Below are positions 54,623-64,000 of a DNA stretch of 64,000 nt, piece after piece. Made by a program: the position numbers and the translations under genes. Origin of the DNA: an archaeon. GTDB taxonomy: Archaea; Nanobdellota; Nanobdellia; SCGC-AAA011-G17; GW2011-AR17. Location: positions 18,046 to 82,045 of the forward strand of contig JBDRJY010000018.1 of NCBI GenBank assembly GCA_043814545.1. The letters are read 5' to 3'. Positions within the stretch are counted from its first letter, which is position 1. Each line of letters begins with the position of its first letter. The notes beneath the pieces were generated by a model. That model was not told the origin of the DNA, ran no database searches, and was given only the letters and a program-made list of their open reading frames with translations.

Positions 54623-57491
54623 GAATAGCTGGTTTTGAAGGTGAAGCTGTTTTAGCTTTTTGTTCTTGAGAATCTTCTGATAATATAATTACAATTTCTG
54701 AATTAAAATATTTTTTTAGATCTTTGCTTAGCTTAGTTATAGAATCCAGTTCAGTTTTCTGGTCTAAGACTGTTTCAGGAATTTTTGTAGGATCTTTTAC
54801 TAAAACAGGTATAAGTTTAGTAATATCTTTACCATATTTTTTCATATCCGTTTTCATTATAGATTGCGTAAGAATTTTAACATCTCTTGTTTCTTCCAAC
54901 ATTTCCTTGAACATTGTAAAAAACTCGTATTTCCATTTTGGACTAATTATGTAAGTTATCTTTTTGGGTTTATCTACCTTGATTAATTTTAAGACGGTAC
55001 GAGTATCGGCTTTTAAGTTATCAACCATATCATCAATGTATTCTAAGGTTAAGTTAACTTTAGTAGAATCTGACTTTGGCCAGTCCGATATGGAAACATA
55101 ATCTTTAAACCCATGTTTTTCAAAAAGTTCTTCGGCATAATGCGGTATTAAAGGTGTTAACAACTTAATCCATTTTAAGCTAATATAATTGTTAAAGATA
55201 AAAATATCTTCTTCACTTCCCTTAGTTAAAGCTTTGTTATATATTGACGGTATTTCATGTAACACAACGTTTGAATAAGTTCTAAGATCCATTTGTGTTA
55301 AGGCTTTAGTAGCTTTTTCAATTTGCTTTTCAAACCTGGAACATAAAGAAAGTAAAAGGTCAGGCATTTTGCCTTTGGCTTTAGACTTTGCACAGTTTTC
55401 TAAAATGGTATAAACATTTTCAACATGTTTTTTCGCTTTTTCAACTTCGCTTGATTCCCAGTTTAAAGTACTTTCAACAGATGTAGAGTTGCAAAGGTAA
55501 GACCTGAACGCGTCAGCGCCGTATTTTTTGTTTAGATCAAATAAAGTTACAACGTTTCCTTTAGACTTAGACATTTTATGACCTTCGCTTAAAATCATTC
55601 CGTGGAAAGTTATTTTCTTTGGCCATGTTTTCTTTGGGAAAATTGCAGTATGTGCAAAAATCATGAACGATAAATGGTTAGATAAATGTGCTTGGAAAGT
55701 GTGCCTATGGTCAACAGGATACCAGTAATCAAAATTCTTTTTTAATTCTTTCAACTCTTTTTCTTCAATCTTGGTTTTCTTTGCAACATCTTTTATGTTA
55801 CCTTCACCTAAATACACATAATCGAAAAATTCTAAAGGTAAATTGTTAGGTTTAAGTTTATATTCTTGTACAAGATTTTGGATAGTGTACAACGACATGT
55901 AAATAGTTGAATCTGATAAAGATTCTATGACCCATTCTTTGTTAAACGGTAGTTTTGTACCTAAACCTCTTCTTCTTGCGCAAGGTCTTTTATCTAGCCA
56001 AGCAAAAACATCTTCAAACTGTTTCCTATATTTATCAGGAACAATTTCCATCTGTTTCAAACATTTGTTAGCTTCGATTTTCCAACCTTTAGCATTAAAA
56101 TCTAAGAACCATTGATCATCTAACACTGCAACAATAATATCTCCGCCGTCACGCGACTGTGCGTGCCTAGAAGTTTCATAAAAAATGTCAGCTTCACCTT
56201 TCTTAATCAAATCATTTTTAATTTCATCTTTAGCTTTTGTTACAGGCATACCTGTGTACTTACCGCAAGTGTCCATCATAACTCCAGTGTGAAAACCAAC
56301 CTTGTAAATTTCTTGAGTTGCTTTGGTTAACAAATCGTGCTGGTCAACAGATTTGATTTTAAGTTTTTTACAAATTTCTACTGCTGGAAAATCTCCGTAA
56401 CCTTTTGATTTTATTATTGGCAGAAGTTTTATTTTTTTGATCTCTTCATAATTAAATTTATATTTTTTTGCAAGTTGATCATTATCTTGTAACTCTTTCA
56501 ACGAGATCCAGTCGAAAGGCGCATCGCTTGGCACAGATGTTACTAAACCTGTTCCAATCTTAGCATCACAATGTAGTGAAGGTAAAATTATAATCTTACG
56601 ATTGATTACAGGAGCAGTACAAGTTTTACCGATAAGATCTTTACCTTTAATGTTTTCTAAAATCTTAACTTTCTTATCTTGATACTTTAACTTTTTAACA
56701 CATTCTTTGCTAACAATCCATCTCTCATCGCCAACTTGCGCTTTAACATATTCAATGTCAGGATGAACCCACATATTAGTTTGCCCATACATTGTTTCAG
56801 GTCTTAATGTGGCAGCAACAATGTAAGAATCTTCAAATTTAAATTTTAACAAAGTAAATTCTTGTTTGTCAACAGGGTTAGTATCGCCATCAGCAATATC
56901 ATCTTCGCCAACTGCAGAGTTTAATGATAAGCTGTATAGGACAGGATACTTGCCTTGAACAAGATAACCTTTTTCTTTGTACTTATGGAACTGCCATTCA
57001 ACCAGTTTTTGGTGAATGGAATCATTAGAAGTAAAAACTCGTGTCCAATCAACGCCTAAACCTAAGGTAGAAAACTCTGAAATCATTTTAGGCGCAAAAA
57101 AATCTACAATCTTTTGCGGTTCTTCGAACGATTTAATAATTTTATTAATTTCTTTAGAATCTTTCACATAAGCTTTAACATAACTTTTGTACAACTCAAT
57201 TTTCTTTTTATCTTTATTTTTTATAGCTAGACTAATACCTAAGACTGGTGTACCGGAAACGTGGAAAGCTAATGGAAACAAAACATTTTTGCCAGTCATC
57301 CTTAAGAAACGAGAATAAACATCAGCTTCAGTAACAACACGCGCATGCCCAATATGTAAACTGCCAGAAATGTACGGGTAAGGCACTGTCATGAAAAACT
57401 TTTCTTTAGATTTGTCAATCTCAGGTTCAAAAATCTTATCAGATGCCCACTTCTTTTGCCATTTATCTTGGACTTTCTTAAAGCTAACCAT
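54612..57491 (-). CDS. leuS: Leucyl-tRNA synthetase, archaeal type
   Basis: HIGH motif (PYPYISGSLHIGHARV), KMSKS, CP1 editing domain; 959 aa. Confidence 0.95.
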   Translation of the reverse strand: MVSFKKVQDKWQKKWASDKIFEPEIDKSKEKFFMTVPYPYISGSLHIGHARVVTEADVYSRFLRMTGKNVLFPLAFHVSGTPVLGISLAIKNKDKKKIELYKSYVKAYVKDSKEINKIIKSFEEPQKIVDFFAPKMISEFSTLGLGVDWTRVFTSNDSIHQKLVEWQFHKYKEKGYLVQGKYPVLYSLSLNSAVGEDDIADGDTNPVDKQEFTLLKFKFEDSYIVAATLRPETMYGQTNMWVHPDIEYVKAQVGDERWIVSKECVKKLKYQDKKVKILENIKGKDLIGKTCTAPVINRKIIILPSLHCDAKIGTGLVTSVPSDAPFDWISLKELQDNDQLAKKYKFNYEEIKKIKLLPIIKSKGYGDFPAVEICKKLKIKSVDQHDLLTKATQEIYKVGFHTGVMMDTCGKYTGMPVTKAKDEIKNDLIKKGEADIFYETSRHAQSRDGGDIIVAVLDDQWFLDFNAKGWKIEANKCLKQMEIVPDKYRKQFEDVFAWLDKRPCARRRGLGTKLPFNKEWVIESLSDSTIYMSLYTIQNLVQEYKLKPNNLPLEFFDYVYLGEGNIKDVAKKTKIEEKELKELKKNFDYWYPVDHRHTFQAHLSNHLSFMIFAHTAIFPKKTWPKKITFHGMILSEGHKMSKSKGNVVTLFDLNKKYGADAFRSYLCNSTSVESTLNWESSEVEKAKKHVENVYTILENCAKSKAKGKMPDLLLSLCSRFEKQIEKATKALTQMDLRTYSNVVLHEIPSIYNKALTKGSEEDIFIFNNYISLKWIKLLTPLIPHYAEELFEKHGFKDYVSISDWPKSDSTKVNLTLEYIDDMVDNLKADTRTVLKLIKVDKPKKITYIISPKWKYEFFTMFKEMLEETRDVKILTQSIMKTDMKKYGKDITKLIPVLVKDPTKIPETVLDQKTELDSITKLSKDLKKYFNSEIVIILSEDSQEQKAKTASPSKPAILIE

Positions 57492-58059
57492 TACCTTTAA
57501 TTCGTAGTTTTTTGGTATTTTTAAGTGTTTTTATTAGATATAGGACTAAAGCAATAATGGGCAGTAACCCGAATAAGTAATACCATTTAGCATTATCCCT
57601 TACTTTTACGCCGGTGGCTTGACCAGTGATTGGGCTCACACTAACAGTTTCAATGTTAGTGAAAGAAGGTTTTATTTCTGTACCACCTTTAATGTTAATT
57701 GAATCTGGTATAGCAATAGTGTTTACTATGTTTAGTGCTTGTTGTGTTTCACTTAATTCTGTAATATAAATTAAATTAGAATAATTTCCGTCTGTTAAGT
57801 AAGGTTCTGATTTTATTGTTATTAATTTTTTATCTGTTATGTTTAAACTAAAATCATTTTCACTGAACGTGATAAAATCTGAATCACTTGTTAATTTAAT
57901 ATTAACATTTTCGTTAAGATTATTGAAAACCATTAATTCTCTTTCTACGAAATCTCCTCTTTGTACAGTTCCAAAATCTAAATTGGTAGGCGTTATCGCT
58001 AACGCGTTAACTGTAGGTAACAAAATTAAAAAAATTAAAAAAAAATGTTTCATTTTCAA
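57484..58059 (-). CDS. Secreted protein with C-terminal TM anchor
   Basis: Signal peptide; C-terminal YLFGLLPIIALVLYLIKTLKNTKKLRIK. Confidence 0.5.
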   Translation of the reverse strand: MKMKHFFLIFLILLPTVNALAITPTNLDFGTVQRGDFVERELMVFNNLNENVNIKLTSDSDFITFSENDFSLNITDKKLITIKSEPYLTDGNYSNLIYITELSETQQALNIVNTIAIPDSINIKGGTEIKPSFTNIETVSVSPITGQATGVKVRDNAKWYYLFGLLPIIALVLYLIKTLKNTKKLRIKGNG

Positions 58060-59318
58060 CTTACCACTGACGTAATTTGCAACGCTCCAACATAATTGTC
58101 AGACTTGGTTTGTGCCGGCACATTTATCCTTAACATGAGTTCGCTTTGCGCTTGTGGTAAAAGGTTTAAGTCCAGTTCAGTACCTGTTTTACTTAATGTA
58201 AACCATTCGTTGTTAAAATAATATTCAACATTTTCCACGTTAAGTGTACCGCTCTGTCCAACTAAATCCGTACCTTGAACATTTATGTCCACGCCAGTGT
58301 TACCAGTGTTACTTATTGTTAAGATTTGTTCAGTTGAAATTTCTCCAGGGTTTAAAGTTGAAAAATCTAGCTCGCTTGTGTCTAAAACAGTTGAAATGAT
58401 TGCCAAATATTTAAAGCTTGTAGAGTTTTGTGTTTGCAATTTTCCGTCGGAAACAGTAGCTGTTATTTGGTAATCTCCTGCTAAATCAGAATATTGCATG
58501 TTAAACGAACCGTTAAATAAACTTTGCGTTGCACTAGAGTTAGAATTAAAGTTTAATTCCACAATTTGGTTGTTTACTTCAATTTGCACTTCAGTCACAT
58601 CATCAAAACCGTTAAGGTCTTCAATCATTATTTCGACTTCAACAGTTTTAGGCGAGTTGATGTTAGGCATGATTTGTACACCTTCTTCTTGAGAATTGTC
58701 CGGGCTTAAAACAATTTCAATTATTTCTGGAGCTGAATTATTTATCGTTATAATTAATATTACATCTTCTTCAGATGCTTCTTGGATATTACCAGAGCCA
58801 GGGTTAGATTCTTGTTCAGCCCAATTGTCGATAGTATTAGGTAAAGAATAATTTATTCTCGCTAAAGAATTACCGTTACCATTAGCACCATAAGATGTGT
58901 TATAAGTAAAAGTTTCTGTATAATTTCCGTTACTTAACACAATTGTATCTTCTGTAGCTAACGTAAAATAACCGTCGACAGCTGTATAAGTTCCGTCTGT
59001 ATTATCCCAAACACCATCACCGTTTCCCCAGGCAGTTTCAAAACTTTCTAAATCTTCATCGTCAGTGTCAATCAACTCACGCGCAATAACAATATATTCT
59101 CCAGGACTAATCGTTACGTCTTCAAAATTGTATCCATCCAAAGTCCAAACAGTTAAGTCCACACCACTTTCACCATTGTTATAAATTTCCACCCATTCAC
59201 CATCAGTCTCAGATTCAGTTTGCGTCGGCGCGTACATAACTTCAGTTACTATTACTTCTGCAGCAACATAATGTACGCATAACATTAAAGCTAACATTAA
59301 CAACATAATTTTTTTCAT
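58056..59318 (-). CDS. Secreted beta-rich surface protein
   Basis: Start at the internal ATG at 59318 (MKKIMLLMLALMLCVHYVAAEV signal peptide) preceded by SD AAGGAGGT; the ORF-track N-terminal extension is unlikely. Confidence 0.55.
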   Translation of the reverse strand: MKKIMLLMLALMLCVHYVAAEVIVTEVMYAPTQTESETDGEWVEIYNNGESGVDLTVWTLDGYNFEDVTISPGEYIVIARELIDTDDEDLESFETAWGNGDGVWDNTDGTYTAVDGYFTLATEDTIVLSNGNYTETFTYNTSYGANGNGNSLARINYSLPNTIDNWAEQESNPGSGNIQEASEEDVILIITINNSAPEIIEIVLSPDNSQEEGVQIMPNINSPKTVEVEIMIEDLNGFDDVTEVQIEVNNQIVELNFNSNSSATQSLFNGSFNMQYSDLAGDYQITATVSDGKLQTQNSTSFKYLAIISTVLDTSELDFSTLNPGEISTEQILTISNTGNTGVDINVQGTDLVGQSGTLNVENVEYYFNNEWFTLSKTGTELDLNLLPQAQSELMLRINVPAQTKSDNYVGALQITSVVS

Positions 59319-59486
59319 ATTATTAACCTCCTTTTTGTTAAAATAAATTTTAGGATTAAAGTTTAAAACTGATTCTGAGAAAAAACATGTAATCTTAGAT
59401 CTAATACCGTGAATATTAGTTGTTTTACCATAAACCTGCAAAATAGTAAATTATAAAAACCCCACGAAACTTAAAAAATCCATATA

Positions 59487-59561
59487 GGATCCGTAGCATA
59501 GTTTGGATGATGCGTTGGCCTTCTAAGCCAAAGATCCAGGGTTCAAATCCCTGCGGATCCA
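59487..59561 (+). tRNA. tRNA-Arg (anticodon UCU)
   Basis: GGATCCG acceptor pairs with CGGATCC; anticodon loop CTTCTAA; T-loop GGTTCAAATCC. Confidence 0.85.
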
Positions 59562-59564
59562 TAT

Positions 59565-59637
59565 GCTGGCGTGCCCAAGCGGTTAAGGGGATCGGCTGCA
59601 ACCCGGTTATTCCCAGGTTCGAGTCCTGGCGCCAGCT
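59565..59637 (+). tRNA. tRNA-Cys (anticodon GCA)
   Basis: GCTGGCG acceptor pairs with CGCCAGC plus U73 discriminator; anticodon loop CTGCAAC; T-loop GGTTCGAGTCC. Confidence 0.85.
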
Positions 59638-59640
59638 TTT
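59627..59640 (+). repeat. attL-like 14-nt direct repeat TGGCGCCAGCTTTT (3' end of tRNA-Cys)
   Basis: Exact copy at 60778-60791. Confidence 0.55.
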
Positions 59641-59655
59641 CTTATTTTTTTACTA
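59638..59655 (+). terminator. Oligo-T tract after tRNA-Cys
   Basis: ttttcttatttttttact. Confidence 0.3.
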
Positions 59656-59744
59656 CTTCTGAGTAATAGCAAAAGCGAAAGATTTAAATATGATTAATTC
59701 ACCAAAATATTAAGAAATTTACTTAAAAGGAGAACAAAAATAAA

Positions 59745-60038
59745 ATGAACACAATTGAACATTTCAAAGCGTTAAACCAAATCCGAAAAGAAGATGGTTT
59801 ATTGGAAGCTTTAAAATCTGATGCAGTTCAAACTGCAATAAGACATCCTGCTTTACTTGCTTTACCTTTCTATTTAGGTAAAGTTGAAGCTCAACCATTG
59901 AATGAAGGATATGCTGAAGCAACAGTTGGTTCTGATGGTGAGTATACACGATTTGTCAGACGAGAACCAGGTAGTGATTTAACAATCATTGAAGAAAGAC
60001 AAGAAGATGGTTCTTGGATAAAAAGGGCTGAATATTAA
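59745..60038 (+). CDS. hypothetical protein (islet)
   Basis: 97-aa ORF, GC-richer codon usage. Confidence 0.45.
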   Translation: MNTIEHFKALNQIRKEDGLLEALKSDAVQTAIRHPALLALPFYLGKVEAQPLNEGYAEATVGSDGEYTRFVRREPGSDLTIIEERQEDGSWIKRAEY

Positions 60039-60053
60039 GAAAATTTAATTAAA

Positions 60054-60728
60054 ATGGGATTACAAAAATTATTAACCGGAGCTAGACAACATGTAACAGA
60101 TTCAGTTGGTCTTTTTGTAGTTTCAACACCCTTAGGTGCTTTTTTAGAAAATGTTTTAGCAGGAATGAGTGATGAAGTTTCTTTTAAATCGAGAGCCATA
60201 GTTGGTGGACTTTACTTAGGTGGATTGGGAGGAATAATGGGTTACTTTAGAGATAAATCTAGAAAACTCTTTCATGTGACAGATAAAACAAAAGAAGGAT
60301 ATCAACAAATACATGATATGGCTTATATTGCAACAGTAACAGCTATTGTAAATCCTTTAATCTATTTAGGTGCAGGCGCTAAAGATGCAAAAGAAATTGC
60401 ACTTGGTACTGGTTTCGCAACATTAACAGCTCTTTGTACTGGAGGTATTATGGGGTATTCAGTTGATCTTTTTAGAGATCTTACAGGATATAAAAAATCT
60501 GAAAGAATTCCACAAAGTATTAGCTATGCCCGACCATATTTTAAAAAGAGTTTAGCAGCTGGAATACTTACTACTTCAATAGGATTAGCAGGACTTGTTT
60601 ATCATTTAACTCCCGATCAACCTGAAGAAATAAATGAAGAGACTATTAGTTCTCTTGAAACAATTTCAGACAATAATGATTTGCCAAATACAAGTTATGA
60701 AACTATAGATATAATTATTCAAGAATAA
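60054..60728 (+). CDS. Polytopic membrane protein, possibly AlaE/YgaW-family small exporter-like
   Basis: 4-5 TM helices; the pattern V.DS...VVS...G.FLE..L.GMS.E.SF.SR.I.G......GG..GYFRD resembles bacterial AlaE as recalled from memory; needs profile confirmation. Confidence 0.35.
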   Translation: MGLQKLLTGARQHVTDSVGLFVVSTPLGAFLENVLAGMSDEVSFKSRAIVGGLYLGGLGGIMGYFRDKSRKLFHVTDKTKEGYQQIHDMAYIATVTAIVNPLIYLGAGAKDAKEIALGTGFATLTALCTGGIMGYSVDLFRDLTGYKKSERIPQSISYARPYFKKSLAAGILTTSIGLAGLVYHLTPDQPEEINEETISSLETISDNNDLPNTSYETIDIIIQE

Positions 60729-60777
60729 ATTTCTTATTTTTAATTTAAGCCCTTAACTACCCAACTTGGCTAACGCT

Positions 60778-60791
60778 TGGCGCCAGCTTTT
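60778..60791 (+). repeat. attR-like 14-nt direct repeat TGGCGCCAGCTTTT
   Basis: Exact copy of 59627-59640. Confidence 0.55.
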
Positions 60792-60835
60792 AAAACCAAG
60801 AAGATTTATATATCTCTTTAATATTAACATAATTT

Positions 60836-61021
60836 ATGAACATTATAAGCAGATTAATAACTGGAATTCTTGCTATTATCCTAGGATCATATTTAATAAT
60901 AATTAGTTCTTCTGACCTTTGGATATTATTTTATGGAATACCAATTGTTCTTATAGGAATTTTCATTTTATTTAATAAAAAAGAAGATAATATTGAGAAG
61001 ATCAAAGGAGGAAAAAAATGA
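60836..61021 (+). CDS. small membrane protein
   Basis: Two TM helices; 61 aa. Confidence 0.35.
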   Translation: MNIISRLITGILAIILGSYLIIISSSDLWILFYGIPIVLIGIFILFNKKEDNIEKIKGGKK

Positions 61022-61341
61022 CAGATATAATTGTTACAACTGGGAATGAAATTCCAGGAAAAAAGACTATAAAAGTTTTAGGTGTTGTCAAAGGGAGCAC
61101 AGTAAGAGCAAGAAATATTGGCAGAGATATTGGTGCTGGACTTAAGAGTATTATTGGTGGAGAGGTTAAAACATATACAGCTATGACAATGAATGCGAGA
61201 GACGAAGCATATAATAGAATGGTTAATGATGCATTGAATATGAAAGCTGATGCAATTATTGGTGTACGATTTACAACTTCAATGATAATGACTGGAGCTT
61301 CTGAAATGCTTGCATATGGAACTGCGATTAAAACCAATTAA
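61018..61341 (+). CDS. YbjQ/UPF0145 (DUF74) family protein
   Basis: GVVKGSTVRARNIGRDIGAGLKSIIGGEV...ADAIIGVRF typical of UPF0145. Confidence 0.7.
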   Translation: MTDIIVTTGNEIPGKKTIKVLGVVKGSTVRARNIGRDIGAGLKSIIGGEVKTYTAMTMNARDEAYNRMVNDALNMKADAIIGVRFTTSMIMTGASEMLAYGTAIKTN

Positions 61342-61432
61342 CATTCTATAAACTTTACAATAGAATAAAAAGACATAGCCAAAGACCAATTAACAACTTA
61401 GAATATAAAATAAAAAAATAAAAAAAAGAAAT

Positions 61433-63364
61433 TTATTTCTTAAACAGCATTCTCAGGAAATACAAAGCAACTAATACTAAGATTATATCGCCTAAAATCC
61501 ATAACAACTGTTTATTTTCTTGGAACCAACCTTCACCTGAAACTTCTGCAGATTCAGCAATGTTTACAGTAACAAGTTCTGTATTTTCTGAACCGTCAGC
61601 GCTAGTCGCAGTAACAGACATTGAATGCCTACCCGTTACACCATCCATTAATTCAAGGTATATGTAAGCATGGTACGAATCGCCTGCTCCAAGTGTATTA
61701 ATTTGTTCAATACCTAGAACATTAGCCCACATTGAAACGTCACCAACGCTTAGCAATACAGTATCTTTACCATTTCCATCGTTTGTAACGGTGATAGGTA
61801 TGGTAACCGTGGTAGAACCTACAGCAACGTTGTACTCGTCTGAGCTAGTTTTAAGTGTAACCATACTGGTTATTGCGTTGTTAGAATTTGCTACGTTAGC
61901 AACATTTGAACAACTGTCAACATCTAGTTCAAACAATTCTGAAACATACTCGTCACCGTCATCGTAGTATACGATAACTTCAACGTATAGGTTACCAGCA
62001 GTTAAATCGTCGGTAAGCTCTATTTCAAATGTTTTTTTGTAATCATTGTCACTGTCTGAATAGTCGCCAAGGTCAAACTTAGCAGAATCTATATCAATTC
62101 CAAGCTGTGAACTTTTTACACGAATGTAAACATCGTCTTCGTTTTTCTCGCCAACGTTTTCAACTTCAACAGTCACTTCAAGAATGTCGCCGCAAACAAG
62201 TCCTTCTTCCTGACTAAAATCAACACCAGTGATAGCTACAGAATGACTTTCCCTTTTTAGGTCAAGTTCAACTGTTTCATAATCGCAGTTTTGATCTTCG
62301 TCACCGTCTTCGTAAGCTCTAACATACAATACAATGTTATCGCCTTCATCGAATTCAGCATTAAAAGGAATTTCTAAATCAAGGTTAAAATTTTCTTTAT
62401 CGTTATCTTTGATTTCTGTGTCTGCACTTTCAACACTAGCTAATTCTTCATCAGTGTCTAAGTTGTACAAAATAGCTTCAACAATAACATCTTGGTCGTC
62501 GTCAGCATCGTTTTGAACTTTTACATTGATTTCGATGGTTTCACCAGGTTTGTAATCGTCACCGTTGTCAGGATCTTCGATTGAAACTTCCAAGTCACCA
62601 ACTAGACCATCATTACACATTACAGGTTCAACTTGTAAGCTGAATGAAATGGACTGTGAATCTAGAGTGCTGGTTGTAACAACAAAGTTACCTGTGTACA
62701 AGTCAACATCCATTTTATCTGCAATGGTTAAGTCAACTGTAACAGTTTCTGAATCACCAGGTGCTAGTTCTAAAGCATTAACATCTGTAAACTCAAAGGT
62801 TAAAAGTTCGCCATCATTATCTTCGTCATTACCATCATATACAATTGTCCATGTGTCTAGAACTGTAGAACCAGTGTTCTCAATTATAAACTCTAAGTCA
62901 GCATATGAATCATCTGCCTGTTCAATATTCCATTCAGTTTCAGATAAGCTGAAAGATTCAACTTCGTTAACTGTAACAGTATAATCTACTTCAACAGGTG
63001 TTGTACCGTCTGCAGCGTCAGAAACGCTTAGCGTACCAACATAGTTGCCAGCTAATAAATCAGAAGCAGGTATGGTAACATCAAAAGTTTGTGTCTGAGA
63101 TGTTCCAACTAAAAGGTCAGTAAGATCTTCAATTGTTGGATCATCGATTGTGTAATCACCGTTTACTAAATCAGTGCTTACAAAGTTAACTGTTGCAATG
63201 GTGTCAAGACCAGTGTTATTCACTGTAACCGACACAGTTACTGTATCTCCTGGGTTGCCTGCGACAGTATCAATAGAATCAACTATCAAGTCAGCATCCG
63301 CAGCTGCTATTAAAGAAACAGCTAGAATTACAATAACCAACAAGCTTGTCAGTAATTTTTTCAT
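61433..63364 (-). CDS. Large secreted surface (S-layer-like) protein with CARDB-like repeats and C-terminal TM plus basic tail
   Basis: Signal peptide, Asp/Thr/Val-rich beta repeats, C-terminal LLWILGDIILVLVALYFLRMLFKK. Confidence 0.6.
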   Translation of the reverse strand: MKKLLTSLLVIVILAVSLIAAADADLIVDSIDTVAGNPGDTVTVSVTVNNTGLDTIATVNFVSTDLVNGDYTIDDPTIEDLTDLLVGTSQTQTFDVTIPASDLLAGNYVGTLSVSDAADGTTPVEVDYTVTVNEVESFSLSETEWNIEQADDSYADLEFIIENTGSTVLDTWTIVYDGNDEDNDGELLTFEFTDVNALELAPGDSETVTVDLTIADKMDVDLYTGNFVVTTSTLDSQSISFSLQVEPVMCNDGLVGDLEVSIEDPDNGDDYKPGETIEINVKVQNDADDDQDVIVEAILYNLDTDEELASVESADTEIKDNDKENFNLDLEIPFNAEFDEGDNIVLYVRAYEDGDEDQNCDYETVELDLKRESHSVAITGVDFSQEEGLVCGDILEVTVEVENVGEKNEDDVYIRVKSSQLGIDIDSAKFDLGDYSDSDNDYKKTFEIELTDDLTAGNLYVEVIVYYDDGDEYVSELFELDVDSCSNVANVANSNNAITSMVTLKTSSDEYNVAVGSTTVTIPITVTNDGNGKDTVLLSVGDVSMWANVLGIEQINTLGAGDSYHAYIYLELMDGVTGRHSMSVTATSADGSENTELVTVNIAESAEVSGEGWFQENKQLLWILGDIILVLVALYFLRMLFKK

Positions 63365-63498
63365 TTTTTGGTATACCCCCTAATTATTACTAATTAGTTG
63401 GACTTTGAGATAAAGTGATTATATATAAACGTTACTGTTATATCCTCTATTTTAGAGTCTATTATGGGGTTTTAGAGCTTAACTATTAAGAATTCTGG

Positions 63499-63515
63499 GG
63501 TTTTTGCCTTTGGCT
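63499..63515 (-). promoter_or_regulatory. Third copy of GGTTTTTGCCTTTGGCT, upstream of the surface-protein gene
   Basis: Identical 17-mer to 51806-51822; about 135 nt 5' of the ATG at 63364 on the minus strand. Confidence 0.4.
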
Positions 63516-63519
63516 GGGG

Positions 63520-64000
63520 CTATATCTTCAAACTTAGAACTTTAGACTGGCCTTCAACCATTGAAACGCCGTAAATTGTGTGCGCTTCAGAAATAATAGC
63601 ATCATTGTGAGAGATTACTATATATTGCGCATGATCCGAATATTTTGCTATTAGCCTTGATAGTAAGGCAGAATTTTGTTTATCCAATGCTGCATCAACT
63701 TCGTCTAATAGATAGAATGGTGCAGGTGAAAATTCTTGGACAGCGAAAATGAATGCTAAGGCAGCCATGGTTTTTTCTCCACCAGACAAACTTTTGATGT
63801 CTAAAGCTTTTGTTCCCGTAAGTTTAACCTGGATATCTACACCGCCTTGGAACGGATCCTCTTCATTTTCTAATAATAAATGTGCCTCACCTTTACTGGA
63901 TAAACTAGCAAAAATTTCTTTGAAATGTTTTGCAAGGTCTTTAAACGTTTTCATGAAAATATCTTTCTTCTTTGATTCTATCTCAAACATAAGTTCTAAA
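63520..64000 (-). CDS. SMC/Rad50-family ABC ATPase, C-terminal part (gene continues past the window end)
   Basis: ABC signature LSGGEKT, Walker B LLDEVDAALD, H-loop ISHN. Confidence 0.7.
   Translation of the reverse strand, partial: LELMFEIESKKKDIFMKTFKDLAKHFKEIFASLSSKGEAHLLLENEEDPFQGGVDIQVKLTGTKALDIKSLSGGEKTMAALAFIFAVQEFSPAPFYLLDEVDAALDKQNSALLSRLIAKYSDHAQYIVISHNDAIISEAHTIYGVSMVEGQSKVLSLKI

Larger units (their letters stand above)
59641..60791 (+). mobile_element. Small (about 1.15 kb) integrated islet or remnant at tRNA-Cys with no integrase
   Basis: Bounded by the 14-nt direct repeat; GC higher than flanks; two co-oriented genes. Confidence 0.4.

Noticed and set aside
58285-58692. Short plus-strand ORFs 58285..58473 and 58498..58692 inside the minus-strand surface-protein gene
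   Set aside because: Antisense to a long, well-supported ORF with signal peptide; no features.
1-64000. CRISPR array
   Set aside because: No regularly spaced direct repeats of 25-40 nt found anywhere in the window.

Overview
This is an AT-rich archaeal chromosomal segment of roughly 30% GC. The archaeal identity rests on ribosomal proteins L37ae, L40e, L15e, L11, L1, P0 and P1, plus aIF5A, RpoP, Spt5, SecE, prefoldin beta, Orc1/Cdc6, FtsZ, SepF and an archaeal-type LeuRS. The window is gene dense, with short leaderless genes behind a very uniform BRE/TATA element (AAACC-TTTATAAA about 25 nt upstream of the ATG). It looks like a small-genome, possibly DPANN-like archaeon, but that is an inference from the sequence alone. 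The most unusual content is a co-oriented cassette at about 4.7-8.6 kb. It encodes a J-domain protein, a membrane protein with a JAB/MPN-like His cluster, a small protein ending ...LRSRVG that resembles a ubiquitin-like beta-grasp, a protein with a UBC/E2-like HP...C core, and a two-domain E1-like enzyme with a degenerate N-terminal and a canonical C-terminal adenylation domain. It is a candidate eukaryote-like or Bub/Bil-like ubiquitin-type conjugation operon. A tiny GC-richer islet with a possible AlaE-like exporter is integrated at the 3' end of tRNA-Cys and flanked by a 14-nt direct repeat. A 17-nt motif, GGTTTTTGCCTTTGGCT, recurs just upstream of the promoters of the L1 operon, aIF5A and a surface-protein gene. 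About 440 nt of GC-elevated, hairpin-rich non-coding sequence lies next to orc1/cdc6 and is a candidate origin or ncRNA. A minimal nucleotidyltransferase is disrupted by an in-frame TGA and sits next to a GC-rich coding-like foreign fragment. A ClpX/HslU-type AAA+ unfoldase is fused to a roughly 430-aa TPR-like N-terminal domain, with no ClpP partner in the window. Two tandem ExeA/AAA_22-like ATPases are present. Several large secreted or anchored surface proteins are present, including an S8 subtilisin, a transglutaminase-like protein and CARDB-like repeat proteins. Three tRNAs, L40e, RpoP and three small-ORF candidates lie outside the supplied ORF track.
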